Positions 29,118-38,684 are shown, numbered from the stretch's first letter. The stretch: 64,000 nucleotides of DNA from an uncultured Bacillota bacterium (GCA_963804645.1 CAWDRG010000009.1:1056001-1120000); one strand, 5' to 3'. Notes: generated by a model not told the origin, from the letters alone. A program made the numbers and translations.

Positions 29118-30007
29118 CCACGGTCGTCCTCCTCGGGGTGACCGGGCTCGGTCTCGGCGCGCTCTATTTTCTGATGGCCTCGGGGCTCTCGCTGACCTAC
29201 GGCCTGCTGCGCGTCCTGAACTTCGCCCACGGCGTGTTCCTCACAGCGGGGGCCTACACGGCGTGGCTGATCGCGTCGCGGATCGGCGGTCCGGACGGCG
29301 TCCGCGACGCGGCCGCCGTCGCCGGCGCGATCGTGGTCGGGGGGATCCTCGCGGCCGCCGTCGAGCTGGCGCTGATCCGCCCGCTGTACCGGCGGCACAT
29401 CGAGCAGGTGCTCGCCACGGTCGGCGTGGCGCTCGCGCTCGGGGCGCTGGCCGAGGGGATCTTCGGCGCCGACGCGAGACCGGTTCCGGTCCCCGCCTGG
29501 ATGCGGGGCGTGACGCCGGTGCTGGGTGCCGCGGTGCCGAACAGCCGGTTCGTGACGATCGCCGCCGCGCTGCTCGTCCTGGCCGGTCTCGGCGCGTTCC
29601 TGCGCTTCACGCGCTGGGGGCTCGTGGTCCGGGCCGGCGTCGAGAACCGGGAGATGGTGCGGGCCCTCGGCATCGACGTGCAGCGCGCGTTCACCCTCGT
29701 CTTCACGCTCGGCGGGGTCGCCGCCGCGCTCGGCGGCGCGCTGAGCGATGGGTACTTCGGGACCGTGGACCCGCAGCGCGGGACCGCGATGCTCATCTAC
29801 GCGTTCATCGTGGTCGTGATCGGCGGGCTGGGGTCGATCGTCGGGTCGGCGGCGGCCGCGGTGCTGGTCGGGCTCCTCCAGCAGTTCGCCAACTACTACG
29901 GGTCGGTCTGGTGGGGCTTTCCGTCGGCGGGGGACCTCGCGATCGTGCTGCTGCTCATCGTGGTGCTGCTCGTGCGTCCGCGGGGGCTCGCCGGAGGCCC
30001 GGGATGA
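29114..30007 (+). CDS. Liv-type ABC permease (LivH-like)
   Basis: GLSLTYGLLRVLNFAHG, VVVIGGLGS, VRPRGL. Confidence 0.93.
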   Translation: MTTVVLLGVTGLGLGALYFLMASGLSLTYGLLRVLNFAHGVFLTAGAYTAWLIASRIGGPDGVRDAAAVAGAIVVGGILAAAVELALIRPLYRRHIEQVLATVGVALALGALAEGIFGADARPVPVPAWMRGVTPVLGAAVPNSRFVTIAAALLVLAGLGAFLRFTRWGLVVRAGVENREMVRALGIDVQRAFTLVFTLGGVAAALGGALSDGYFGTVDPQRGTAMLIYAFIVVVIGGLGSIVGSAAAAVLVGLLQQFANYYGSVWWGFPSAGDLAIVLLLIVVLLVRPRGLAGGPG

Positions 30008-31065
30008 CGCGCGGCCGCGTGCTGGCCGGTCTCGCGGTGGCGCTCGCGGCGGTGCCGTTCGTGCCGGCGCGCATCCCGGGGATCTTCCCGGCGCCGCTCA
30101 ACGCGCCCGGCACGCTCCAGCTGCTCGCGCTCTGCCTGGTGTTCGGCGCGGTCGCCCTCAGCTACGACCTGCTCTTTGGGTACACCGGCCTGCTGTCGTT
30201 CGGGCACGCCCTGTTCTTCTCCGCCGGTGCGTACGCCGTGACCATCGCGCTGTCCCGCTGGCAGTGGCCGCTCGTGCCCGCGCTGGCGCTCGCCGCCGCG
30301 GTGGGTCTCGTCCTGCCGCTCGCGCTCGGGGCGGTCGCGCTCCGGGTCCGGGGGATCGCGTTCGCGATGGTGACCCTGGCGTTTGCGCAGGCCGGGTCGA
30401 TTCTGGTGTACAGCAACCCCGGGGGCCTGACCGGCGGCGAGGAGGGCCTCGGACTCGTGGTGGACCGGCTGCCCGCCCAGCTCATCGGCGTGGCGAACAC
30501 CCGGTACCTGTACTGGATCGCGCTCGCGTACCTGATCGTCGCGTGCCTCGCGGCCTGGGGCGCCGTCGCCTCGCGTCCGGGCCGCATCTGGCCGGCCATA
30601 CGGGAGAACGAGCTGCGGGTGGAGGTGCTCGGGGCGCACACATACCCGTTCAAGCTGTTGAGCTTCGTCGTCGGCTGCGGGCTCGCCGCGATCGGAGGGG
30701 TCGTGTACGTCCTGCTGGTCGGGGGCGCGTCGCCTTCGATCACGACCGCCGCCCTCAGCCTGGCCCTGCTGGTCATGGTGGTGCTCGGCGGCGCCGGCAG
30801 CCTGTGGGGCGCGGTGCTCGGCGGCGCGCTCTACGAGTACCTCGACTTCCGTCTCGTGGCGCTCGCCGGGTCGTCGGGGATCCACGCGCTGCCGGCGTGG
30901 TTGAGCGTCCCGCTCGGCGAGCCGCTGTTCATCCTGGGGATCTTCTTCATCCTGCTGGTGCTGTTCTTCCCCGGCGGGATCGCGGCGGTGCCGGGCCGGT
31001 ACCGGATGGCGCGTGCCGCCGCCTCGGACGGGCGCCGGGTCCCCGGTGCGAGCAGCGCCCCATGA
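30004..31065 (+). CDS. Liv-type ABC permease (LivM-like)
   Basis: GYTGLLSFGHALF, TLAFAQ, TGGEEGL, AIRENE, MVVLGG. Confidence 0.93.
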   Translation: MTRGRVLAGLAVALAAVPFVPARIPGIFPAPLNAPGTLQLLALCLVFGAVALSYDLLFGYTGLLSFGHALFFSAGAYAVTIALSRWQWPLVPALALAAAVGLVLPLALGAVALRVRGIAFAMVTLAFAQAGSILVYSNPGGLTGGEEGLGLVVDRLPAQLIGVANTRYLYWIALAYLIVACLAAWGAVASRPGRIWPAIRENELRVEVLGAHTYPFKLLSFVVGCGLAAIGGVVYVLLVGGASPSITTAALSLALLVMVVLGGAGSLWGAVLGGALYEYLDFRLVALAGSSGIHALPAWLSVPLGEPLFILGIFFILLVLFFPGGIAAVPGRYRMARAAASDGRRVPGASSAP

Positions 31066-31910
31066 CCGGGGAGCGCGCGGGGCGCGAGATCGATTTCCGG
31101 ACCGGCGGCGGCCGCCTGCACGCGCTGACATGGGGCCCCGCCGCCGGCGATCCTGTGCTGTGCCTGCCCGGACTGACGGCCAATGCCCGCGGCTTCGACC
31201 TCATTTGCGAGCGTCTGGCCGCCGCCGGCCTGCGCGCCGTGGCGCTGGACCTGCGGGGGCGCGGGCGCAGTGAGGTGACGCCGCCGGGAACCTACGGGTG
31301 GGAGGCGCACGCGCGCGACGTGCTGGAGGTCGCGGCGGCGTGTGGGCCCCGGCGCGTCGGCATCATCGGCTGGTCGATGGGCGCGTTTGTCGCGATGCAG
31401 GCGGCGCGGACCGCGCCCGGGCGCATCGCCCGCACCGTCCTCATCGACGCGTGCGGGCAGCCGCCCGACGACGCGATGCCACTGATCCGCCGCGCGGTCG
31501 ACCGGCTGGGCGCGTCGTACCCGTCCGCGGACGAGTACCTCGCGCGGCTCCGGACGCTGGGGACGATCACCCCCTGGCATCCGCTGTGGGACGGGTACTT
31601 TCGGTACGAGCTGGTCACCGCCGCCGACGGCGTGCGCGCCCGCACGAGCGCCGAGGCGGTGCTGGAGGACCTAGCGTACGGAGACGCCCACGACCCACGC
31701 GCGCTGTGGCCGGCGCTCGACATGCCGACGCTGCTGCTTCGCGCCGCGCGGCCGCTGGTGCCGGACGGTCCGTGGATCGTGCCTCCCGAAGATCGCGACG
31801 CGTTCGCGCGAGCCGTACCGGGCGCCGAGGTCCTGGAGGTCGACGCGAACCACTACGGGATCGTCACGCATCCAGCGGCGCCCGAGGCGATCGCGCGGTT
31901 CTTCGGGTAG
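31062..31910 (+). CDS. Alpha/beta hydrolase (lipase/esterase-like)
   Basis: PGLT, DLRGRGRS, GWSMG nucleophile elbow, NHY; overlaps the permease stop. Confidence 0.88.
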   Translation: MTGERAGREIDFRTGGGRLHALTWGPAAGDPVLCLPGLTANARGFDLICERLAAAGLRAVALDLRGRGRSEVTPPGTYGWEAHARDVLEVAAACGPRRVGIIGWSMGAFVAMQAARTAPGRIARTVLIDACGQPPDDAMPLIRRAVDRLGASYPSADEYLARLRTLGTITPWHPLWDGYFRYELVTAADGVRARTSAEAVLEDLAYGDAHDPRALWPALDMPTLLLRAARPLVPDGPWIVPPEDRDAFARAVPGAEVLEVDANHYGIVTHPAAPEAIARFFG

Positions 31911-32057
31911 GAGGGCCGCGCCGCGTAGCCCCGCGGCCGTCGGCGGCGTCAGTGCGAGGCAGCGCCTGCGGGCAAACCGCGCGGCGTCTCCCGTCGGCCG
32001 CGCCGCGGGCATGTATACTTATGGGCGGGCTGTGCTGGCCCGGCTCAGGAGGGAACC

Positions 32058-32756
32058 GTGGCGAACGGGCGGCAGCGATCATCGCCGAGGCGCGCGTCGG
32101 CGAGACGTCGACGGATACCGTGGATCGCGATCTCGCTCCTGACGGCGGGCGCGATCGGGCTCGTCTTTATCTTCGTGCGCCTATTCGAGGGCCCCGGGTC
32201 GACCGCGGACGTGGGACCGGCGGCGTATCCCTACCCGTGCCTGCCGAATGAGGGGACGGCGCAGCACATTCACCCCTACGTGCGGATCGTGCTCGACGGC
32301 GATTCGATCACCATCCCCGCGTATGTCGGCATCCGCGACATCGGCGGCACGGCGTGCTTCGAGCCGGTCCACACGCACGATGCGTCCGGAATCCTGCACA
32401 TCGAGGCCGTGAGCCCGACACAGTTGTTCACGCTCGGCGATTTCTTCGCGATCTGGCGCGATACGTACCGCACCGCCGAGGTGCACAACGCGACCGTCCC
32501 GGTGAGCTATACGGTCGGGGATCTCTTGGGACGCCCGATCGATGCGGGCCATGACGTGCGGCTGCTGGTCGATGGAACGCTGTCTCGCGCCGGCCCGACG
32601 CTGGTGCTCAACGCGCTCGACTACTGCACCGCGGCGATGACGAATCCGCCGTGCTTCCCGACCGCGGTCGCCGATCCGTATCCGCCGTTCCTCGTGCAGC
32701 GATACGGGACCGGCCACGTGATCGTCCTGCAGTACGCGGCGCGCGGCGGGTCCTGA
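32058..32756 (+). CDS. Membrane-anchored hypothetical protein with His-cluster motif
   Basis: N-terminal TM helix; HIH...IPAYVGI...HTHDASGILHIE...FTLGDFF..W; four Cys. Confidence 0.75.
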   Translation: MANGRQRSSPRRASARRRRIPWIAISLLTAGAIGLVFIFVRLFEGPGSTADVGPAAYPYPCLPNEGTAQHIHPYVRIVLDGDSITIPAYVGIRDIGGTACFEPVHTHDASGILHIEAVSPTQLFTLGDFFAIWRDTYRTAEVHNATVPVSYTVGDLLGRPIDAGHDVRLLVDGTLSRAGPTLVLNALDYCTAAMTNPPCFPTAVADPYPPFLVQRYGTGHVIVLQYAARGGS

Positions 32757-32812
32757 CCGGACCGCGTCCGCGTGTCCGGAGGGCCAGGCGGAGCGATGAC
32801 GAATCGGAGAGC

Positions 32813-33748
32813 ATGGTGACTTCGGCCGGTGAGGGTGTGACCCTGAAGCGCCTCCTCGTCCCCCTGGACGGGTCGCGGCTCGCCGAGTCCGTGATCCCGA
32901 TCGTGGTGTCCCTGGCCGCGCACCTCGAAGCCCGCGTCACGCTGCTGTACGTCATGGAACGGCAGACGCCCGCCACGGTGCACGGTGACCGTCACTTGCA
33001 CGGCACCGCGGAGGCCGACGCGTACCTCACGGACCTGTCCGCGCGGATGCTCGCGGCGGGCGTCGTGGCCGACCGCCACGTGCACCCGAACCAAGAAGGC
33101 GACGTCGCCAAGAGCATCGTGGACCACGCCGGCGATCTCGCGGCGGACTTGGTCATTCTCGCCACGCACGGCGGGGGAGGGGCGCGCCGCGTGCTGTTCG
33201 GCAGCGTCGCGCAGCAGGTCCTCCGACGCGGCACGCGGCCGGTGCTGCTCATCCGTCCGCCCGAGACGGCGCCGTCCGCGTCGGCCGCGCCGTTTGACGT
33301 GCGCCGGCTGCTGGTGCCGCTCGACGGGCAGCCCCCCGCGGAAGCCGCGATGCCGTTCGCGGCGACCATCTCCGCGGCGTACGGGGCGGAGGTACTGCTG
33401 GTCCGCGTGGTCCCGACGCTCGCCACCCTCGGCGGCGACCGGGTGAGCGCGGCCCGCCTGACGCCGACCGCGGCCGCGGCGTCGCTGGACTTGGAAGAGG
33501 AAGAGGCGCGCCACTACACCGACACGATGGTGCGCCGGTGGGAGGCGGACCGGCGCCGGGTCACCGCGACGGTCATGCGGGGCGATCCCGCGCAGATCCT
33601 GCTCGACGTCGCCGCGCAGGCGCCGGTCGACATGGTCGTGATGGCCAGCCACGGCCGCGCCGGCCTCGACGCCGTGTTCTCCGGGAGCGTCGCGTCGCGG
33701 CTCGCCGGACGGATCCAGGCGCCGCTGCTGCTCGTCCGGGCGCCGTGA
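32813..33748 (+). CDS. Universal stress protein with two Usp domains
   Basis: Two LLVPLDG starts; ATHG..G..FGSVA and ASHGR.G..SGSVA. Confidence 0.92.
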   Translation: MVTSAGEGVTLKRLLVPLDGSRLAESVIPIVVSLAAHLEARVTLLYVMERQTPATVHGDRHLHGTAEADAYLTDLSARMLAAGVVADRHVHPNQEGDVAKSIVDHAGDLAADLVILATHGGGGARRVLFGSVAQQVLRRGTRPVLLIRPPETAPSASAAPFDVRRLLVPLDGQPPAEAAMPFAATISAAYGAEVLLVRVVPTLATLGGDRVSAARLTPTAAAASLDLEEEEARHYTDTMVRRWEADRRRVTATVMRGDPAQILLDVAAQAPVDMVVMASHGRAGLDAVFSGSVASRLAGRIQAPLLLVRAP

Positions 33749-33782
33749 CCGGCCGGCGCGCGTCCCGCGGCGCGCCTCCCAT

Positions 33783-33811
33783 TTGACACGGTAGAGCGCC
33801 GGGGCTATACT
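33783..33811 (+). promoter_or_regulatory. Near-consensus sigma70 promoter upstream of the prkA operon
   Basis: TTGACA-N17-TATACT. Confidence 0.8.
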
Positions 33812-33816
33812 CGTTC

Positions 33817-34000
33817 AAAAGTTCACACCGTGACGTCCGGAACGCACGAGACACGGTCGCATCAGGGAGCCGATCCAGAAGAGACGCAGCAGCCGACGAC
33901 GGAGCGACGCTGGACCACGATCGTGGTACGGGCCGGACGAGCCACGAAGCTCAGCCGGGGAGCGCCAGACGCTCCCGCGCTGGGCTTCTGCGTTTTGTGT
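33817..34000 (+). ncRNA. Candidate structured leader RNA (riboswitch/attenuator) or sRNA; family not recognised
   Basis: Starts just after the promoter, contains several stems, and ends in hairpin 33946-33988 plus a T-rich tail; 33881-33894 is complementary to 33983-33996. Confidence 0.5.
33946..33996 (+). terminator. Intrinsic terminator-like hairpin inside the prkA leader
   Basis: GAAGCTCAGC..GGGAGCG-ccaga-CGCTCCC..GCTGGGCTTC followed by TGCGTTTT. Confidence 0.6.
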
Positions 34001-34125
34001 AACGGCAGCCGACCGGTGGGAACGGCGCCGGAGTTCGGCACGTAGGTTCTGGGGTAGAACAGGAGCGCGGGCCGGATCGCGCCGCCGGAGTGCGGACGAT
34101 GAAGCCGCGGGGGCGAGTGAGCGGG

Positions 34126-35790
34126 ATGAGCGAAATCACGACGGTCGAAACTTACGTGGCGGCAAGCCGGCAGAACCCGCGTTTGGCCCGCACCACGCTG
34201 CACTACATCGCGGACATGATCGACTACTTCGGCAAGGCGCGCGTGTTCGAAGGCATCTATGGCATGGACCGGCAGCTGGACGACATCGTGGACTTCTTCC
34301 GCGGGTACGCGATGAGCATGGAGCGCCGGCTCCTGCTCCTCGTGGGGCCGCAGGGGTCCGGCAAGTCGATGACGGTCGACAAGCTGAAGCGGCGGCTCGA
34401 GGAGTACTCGCACAAGCCCGACGGTATCCTGTACGCGGTCGCCGGATGCCCGTTTCACCAGCACCCGTTCGATCTGATCCCGCTGGACGCGCGCGAGGCC
34501 GAGGGCATCTGGTGGCACGAGGAAGCCGTGCCGTGTCCGGTCTGCGAGCGGGCGGTGGCCGCGCGCGGCGACTGGCGGACCGTGTCGGTGCGGCCGCTCC
34601 TGATCTCGGCCCGCGACAAGGTCGGGGTCGCGAAGCACACGCCGACCGACCTGCGCCGGGAAGACATCACCAACTTCGTCGGCAACATCAACTTCGCGAT
34701 GCTGAAGGAGCGCGGCTCGACCTATGATCCCGACGCGTACGATTTCGAGGGCAAGGTCATCTGGGCGAACCGCGGGATCCTGGATTGGACCGAGGTGTTC
34801 AAGAGCCGCCGGCAGCTGCTGTCGCTTCTGCTGGAGCTGATCCAGTCGAAGCGCATCGACCTGGCGAACTTCCCGACCGTCCACGTCGACGAGGTCGTGG
34901 TCGGGCACACGAACTATCCCGAGTACAACGTGTTCCTGTCCGAGGACATCATGGAGCCGCTCCGCGGGCGGATCCACAAAGTGGACTTCCCGTATAATGT
35001 GGACATCGGCGGCGAGATGCGGATTTATCGGGGACTCGTCGAGCGCGCGAACCGCGCCCGCGGGGAGCAGAAGCACGTCCCCGGGGACGTGTACGAGCTC
35101 GCGGCGACTTATGCGATCAAGACGCGGCAGGAGTCCGAGGGACTCCGCGGCCTGTCTCCGCGGTTCTTCGAGGACGCGTTCTCGCTGGCGTACACGCGCG
35201 CCAACCGGTGCATCGACCTCGAGGTGATCACGGACGCGATCGAGCAGACGTTCGCGCACCAGTCGATCAAGGACCTCAACCTCAAGGACCTGCTCAAGCT
35301 GTTCGAGGAGACGAAGGTTGAGTTCATCCACAAGAAGGTCGACGTGATCGTCGAGGAGATCGTGCCGAGCCACTTCTACGATTACGGCCAGAATCTCTAC
35401 CTGAACTACCTCGACGTCGCGGCGCGCAGCGTGCTGGGCGAGGCGATGTCGGACGGCGACAAGGAGCTGCTGGACGACATCGAGGGCGTCCTGGTGCAGA
35501 AGCGGCAGATCAGCCGGCAGGGGCGAATCGCGTTCGAGAACGTCCTGCTGGAACGCCGCGACGAGCTGCGGCGCATGAGCTACCGCGACAACGAGCATCT
35601 CGCCGGCGCGATCAACGAGATCGTGTTTAACAAGATCAAGAACTGCCTGCGGTTGTACGACAAGACCGAGGAGATGGACGCGAAGAGCCGGGACCTGCTC
35701 GACGTGCTGCAGCGCAGCGCGATCGAGGAGCACGGCTACTGCGCGTCGTGCGCCAGCGCGCTGTTCAAGGTCATCGGCCGGAGCTTTTAG
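34126..35790 (+). CDS. prkA: PrkA/YeaG-family AAA+ serine protein kinase
   Basis: LLLLVGPQGSGKS, YDPDAYDFEG...ANRGIL..EVFK, DEVVVGHTNYPEY, GLSPRF, C-terminal HGYC..CA; followed by yeaH and spoVR homologs. Confidence 0.88.
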   Translation: MSEITTVETYVAASRQNPRLARTTLHYIADMIDYFGKARVFEGIYGMDRQLDDIVDFFRGYAMSMERRLLLLVGPQGSGKSMTVDKLKRRLEEYSHKPDGILYAVAGCPFHQHPFDLIPLDAREAEGIWWHEEAVPCPVCERAVAARGDWRTVSVRPLLISARDKVGVAKHTPTDLRREDITNFVGNINFAMLKERGSTYDPDAYDFEGKVIWANRGILDWTEVFKSRRQLLSLLLELIQSKRIDLANFPTVHVDEVVVGHTNYPEYNVFLSEDIMEPLRGRIHKVDFPYNVDIGGEMRIYRGLVERANRARGEQKHVPGDVYELAATYAIKTRQESEGLRGLSPRFFEDAFSLAYTRANRCIDLEVITDAIEQTFAHQSIKDLNLKDLLKLFEETKVEFIHKKVDVIVEEIVPSHFYDYGQNLYLNYLDVAARSVLGEAMSDGDKELLDDIEGVLVQKRQISRQGRIAFENVLLERRDELRRMSYRDNEHLAGAINEIVFNKIKNCLRLYDKTEEMDAKSRDLLDVLQRSAIEEHGYCASCASALFKVIGRSF

Positions 35791-35815
35791 CCACGGCCGC
35801 CCGGAGCGCGGGACG

Positions 35816-36955
35816 ATGAAAATACACCGCGGGCGGATCGCCCAGTACAAGCACGACCAGATGCTGCGGGATTACCTCAAGCAGAACCTCAACGAGCTGA
35901 TCCAGCAGAAGGAACTGATCGTCGACGGCCGGGTGAAGACGCAGATCGCCACCCTGGATCTGCCGACGCTCAAGTTCGGCGAGGAGTCGCAGTTTCTCGC
36001 CCAGGGCGGCGGGAGCGGGGCCGGCGCGGGCGGGGGCGCGGCGGGCGCCGGCGGCGAGCAGGTCCAAGCGCTCGGCGGCCTTCTCGGCGGCGATCACCAC
36101 GGCAAGGAGCTGACGGTCGAGCTGGATTTCGATGAATTCGTCCGGCTCGCGCAGGAGGTGCTGCTGGACGAGCTGCGGCTGCCGACGTTTCGCGAGCCGG
36201 CCCGCGCCGGGGAAGTGGAAAGTCAGGATACCTCGGAGCTCGACGACCTGGAGCGCGTCGGCCTGCGCGCGGATCTCAACCTTGAGGAGACGATGACGCA
36301 GAGCCTGCTGCGCAACGCGCGCGAGCGCGGCCGTCTCGACTACGACGTGGACGTCCAGCAGGACGCGTGGTACTTCGTCGAGGATCCCGCGACGTTCCAA
36401 AACCACCGGTCGGTCGAGATCTACGTGCTCGACATCTCGGGCTCGATGCGGGGCGAGTACCTCGCCCTCGTGCGCAAGACGATCTTCGTCCTCTGGCACT
36501 ACCTGGAGCGCCGTTATCCCACGAACCTCCGCCGGTACGTCGTGTTCCAGGACGTGGCGGAGGAGAAGACGCGCGACGAGTTCTTCTGCGTCGAGTCGAG
36601 CGGCGGGACCCACATCAGCACCGGGTTTCGCAAGGCGGTCGAGCTGCTCCGCGGCGTGACGGAGCACGACAAGTTCCTGTTCATCTTCACCGACGGGGAG
36701 ACAAGCTCGGGCGATTTCGACCTCGCGAAGCGCACGTACGAGGAGGCGCTCGAGGCGTTCGACGTGGTGACCTACGGCCACGTCAACCCCGGCGGCCGGG
36801 GCATCGGCGGGTTCAGCGAGCACGCGCAGGAAGGCGTGAAGACACGCGCCAATGCGGTGTTTGCGAATCTCGTGGATCTGGAGACGATTCGGACCGCGAT
36901 GCGGCAGTTTCTCGAGTTTTTCGACACACGGAAGACCGCCGCGTCGCCGCGTTGA
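35816..36955 (+). CDS. YeaH/YhbH (DUF444) family protein with vWA-like domain
   Basis: Gly-rich linker then ELTVEL; DISGSM MIDAS, ESSGGTHIS, FTDGE; canonical position after prkA. Confidence 0.85.
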   Translation: MKIHRGRIAQYKHDQMLRDYLKQNLNELIQQKELIVDGRVKTQIATLDLPTLKFGEESQFLAQGGGSGAGAGGGAAGAGGEQVQALGGLLGGDHHGKELTVELDFDEFVRLAQEVLLDELRLPTFREPARAGEVESQDTSELDDLERVGLRADLNLEETMTQSLLRNARERGRLDYDVDVQQDAWYFVEDPATFQNHRSVEIYVLDISGSMRGEYLALVRKTIFVLWHYLERRYPTNLRRYVVFQDVAEEKTRDEFFCVESSGGTHISTGFRKAVELLRGVTEHDKFLFIFTDGETSSGDFDLAKRTYEEALEAFDVVTYGHVNPGGRGIGGFSEHAQEGVKTRANAVFANLVDLETIRTAMRQFLEFFDTRKTAASPR

Positions 36956-36971
36956 TCGGAGGGCCGGGACG

Positions 36972-38132
36972 ATGATGCAGACCGAGTACGACCAGGTCAT
37001 CTCGCGGATCGAGGGCCTGGCGCGCGACCGCGGGCTCGCGTTCGACCCGGTGATCTTCCGGATGACCGACAGCGACGAGATCGCCGAGGTCGCCAGCATG
37101 GGGCTGCCCAACCGCTTCATCCACTGGTACTGGGGCGGCACGTACAAGGAGCTGGTGACGCAGCAGAGCAAGGAAGTATTCACGATTCTCGAGCTGGTGC
37201 TGAACACCGCGCCCTCGCACGCGTTCCTGCGCAGCACGAATACGTACCTGCAAAACGTGCTCGTGATCGCCCACGTGTTCGGCCACGCCGATTTTTTCGC
37301 GAACAACCACTGGTACCGCAAGTCCAACAAGAACATGCTGAACGCGACCGAGCAGCACGCGCGTCTCATCCGGTCGTACGAGGCGCAGTACGGGCAGGAG
37401 CGCATCGAAAAGCTGCTCGACGCGCTGCTGACCGTGGCGACCTCCGTGAACACCTTCGAGCGGAGCCAGCCGGAGCGGCGGAAGCGCCTGATCTACTACC
37501 TCGAGGAGCGGGCGCCGCTCGAGGAGTTCGAGCGCGTGCTGCTGCAGGCGATCCGCGAGGAGGCCGAGTACTTCGACCTAATCCAGCGGACCCACCTGAT
37601 CAACGAGGGATGGGCGACGTTCATCGAGGCCGAGCTGCTGACGCGCCTCTTGACCGCGCGGGAGTGGGCGAGCCTGTCCGTGCAGCTGTGCAATCGGCCG
37701 GCGCCCTACACGATCGGCTATACGCTGTTCAAGCACCTTCGCGACCGGGAGGGGTTTGCGCGCGCGCTCGAGGTCCGGCGGTTTTACGAGGATGTCAGCC
37801 TCATCGACGTCGCGCTGACCGAGGACCTCGTGCGGCGCCTCGACATCTTCGTGTACGATCCGAAGGAGAAGCAGAAGAGCTACGACCTGCAGAAAGTGAA
37901 GGACATGCTGATCACGCAGAAGCTCTACAAGGGCGAACCGCGGGTCGAGGTGGATCCGGCGTCCCAGGGCCGCGATCTCCTGCTCGCGCACATGGACGAG
38001 GACCGCAAGATCGAGTCCAAGCGCATCGGGCTGTTTCTCAAGTCCGTGTACGCGCTCTGGCGCAACCCCGTGAAGCTCCGCGCGAACGGCAAGGTGTATA
38101 CGTACGATCGGCGGGGGCTGTCGTCGACGTAG
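36972..38132 (+). CDS. spoVR: SpoVR/YcgB family protein
   Basis: GLPNRFIHWYWG, ELVLNT.P, LVIAHVFGHADFF.NN, INEGWATF, PYTIG. Confidence 0.9.
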   Translation: MMQTEYDQVISRIEGLARDRGLAFDPVIFRMTDSDEIAEVASMGLPNRFIHWYWGGTYKELVTQQSKEVFTILELVLNTAPSHAFLRSTNTYLQNVLVIAHVFGHADFFANNHWYRKSNKNMLNATEQHARLIRSYEAQYGQERIEKLLDALLTVATSVNTFERSQPERRKRLIYYLEERAPLEEFERVLLQAIREEAEYFDLIQRTHLINEGWATFIEAELLTRLLTAREWASLSVQLCNRPAPYTIGYTLFKHLRDREGFARALEVRRFYEDVSLIDVALTEDLVRRLDIFVYDPKEKQKSYDLQKVKDMLITQKLYKGEPRVEVDPASQGRDLLLAHMDEDRKIESKRIGLFLKSVYALWRNPVKLRANGKVYTYDRRGLSST

Positions 38133-38177
38133 CCCGACCCCGCAGGGGACGCGCGCGCGGCCCCGGAATCTCCCGGC

Positions 38178-38684
38178 GTGGATGTTCTTGAGGTGAAGCG
38201 CACCCTCCACGGTGAGGAGCGGACGTACGCGTGCCGGGCGGCGGAGTGCTCCCCGGAGCGTGCGGTCCTGCTGTACACGCTGGCGCGCGACGGCCGGGTC
38301 GGCGGGCTGACGCTTCCCGCCGGGACGCTGACCGTTGCCTACTACTGGGCGGCGCGCCCCTACAACGTCTACCATTGGATCGGTCCCGACCGGAATACGC
38401 TCGGATACTACTTTAACCTCAGCGGCCCCGCGCGTATCGCGGGCGACCGGCTCGAGTGGGAAGACCTGGAAGTGGATATCCTGGTGCTCCCTGATGGGCG
38501 GCACGAAGTGCTCGACGAGGACCGGGTGCCGGCCGCCGCGGCGGCGCGGCTGCCCGAGATCGCGGCCGCCCGCGACGCGGTGCTGCGCGATTACCCGGAC
38601 GTTACCCGCGGCGTCGAGGCCGCGTCGCGCGCGCTTCTGGCGCGCGACCCGACGCTGCTCGCCGGGCCCCCGGCGGGCGCCTGA
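38178..38684 (+). CDS. DUF402-like protein
   Basis: YNVYHW...GYYFNL...WEDLEVDILVLPDG...LDED. Confidence 0.75.
   Translation: MDVLEVKRTLHGEERTYACRAAECSPERAVLLYTLARDGRVGGLTLPAGTLTVAYYWAARPYNVYHWIGPDRNTLGYYFNLSGPARIAGDRLEWEDLEVDILVLPDGRHEVLDEDRVPAAAAARLPEIAAARDAVLRDYPDVTRGVEAASRALLARDPTLLAGPPAGA

Noticed and set aside
33862..37453. Long antisense ORFs (33862-35850, 35771-37453, and similar ones across the window)
   Set aside because: These are shadow ORFs expected opposite high-GC genes; they carry no family motifs
36972..38132. Evidence of endospore formation
   Set aside because: prkA-yeaH-spoVR is widespread in non-sporulating bacteria and archaea
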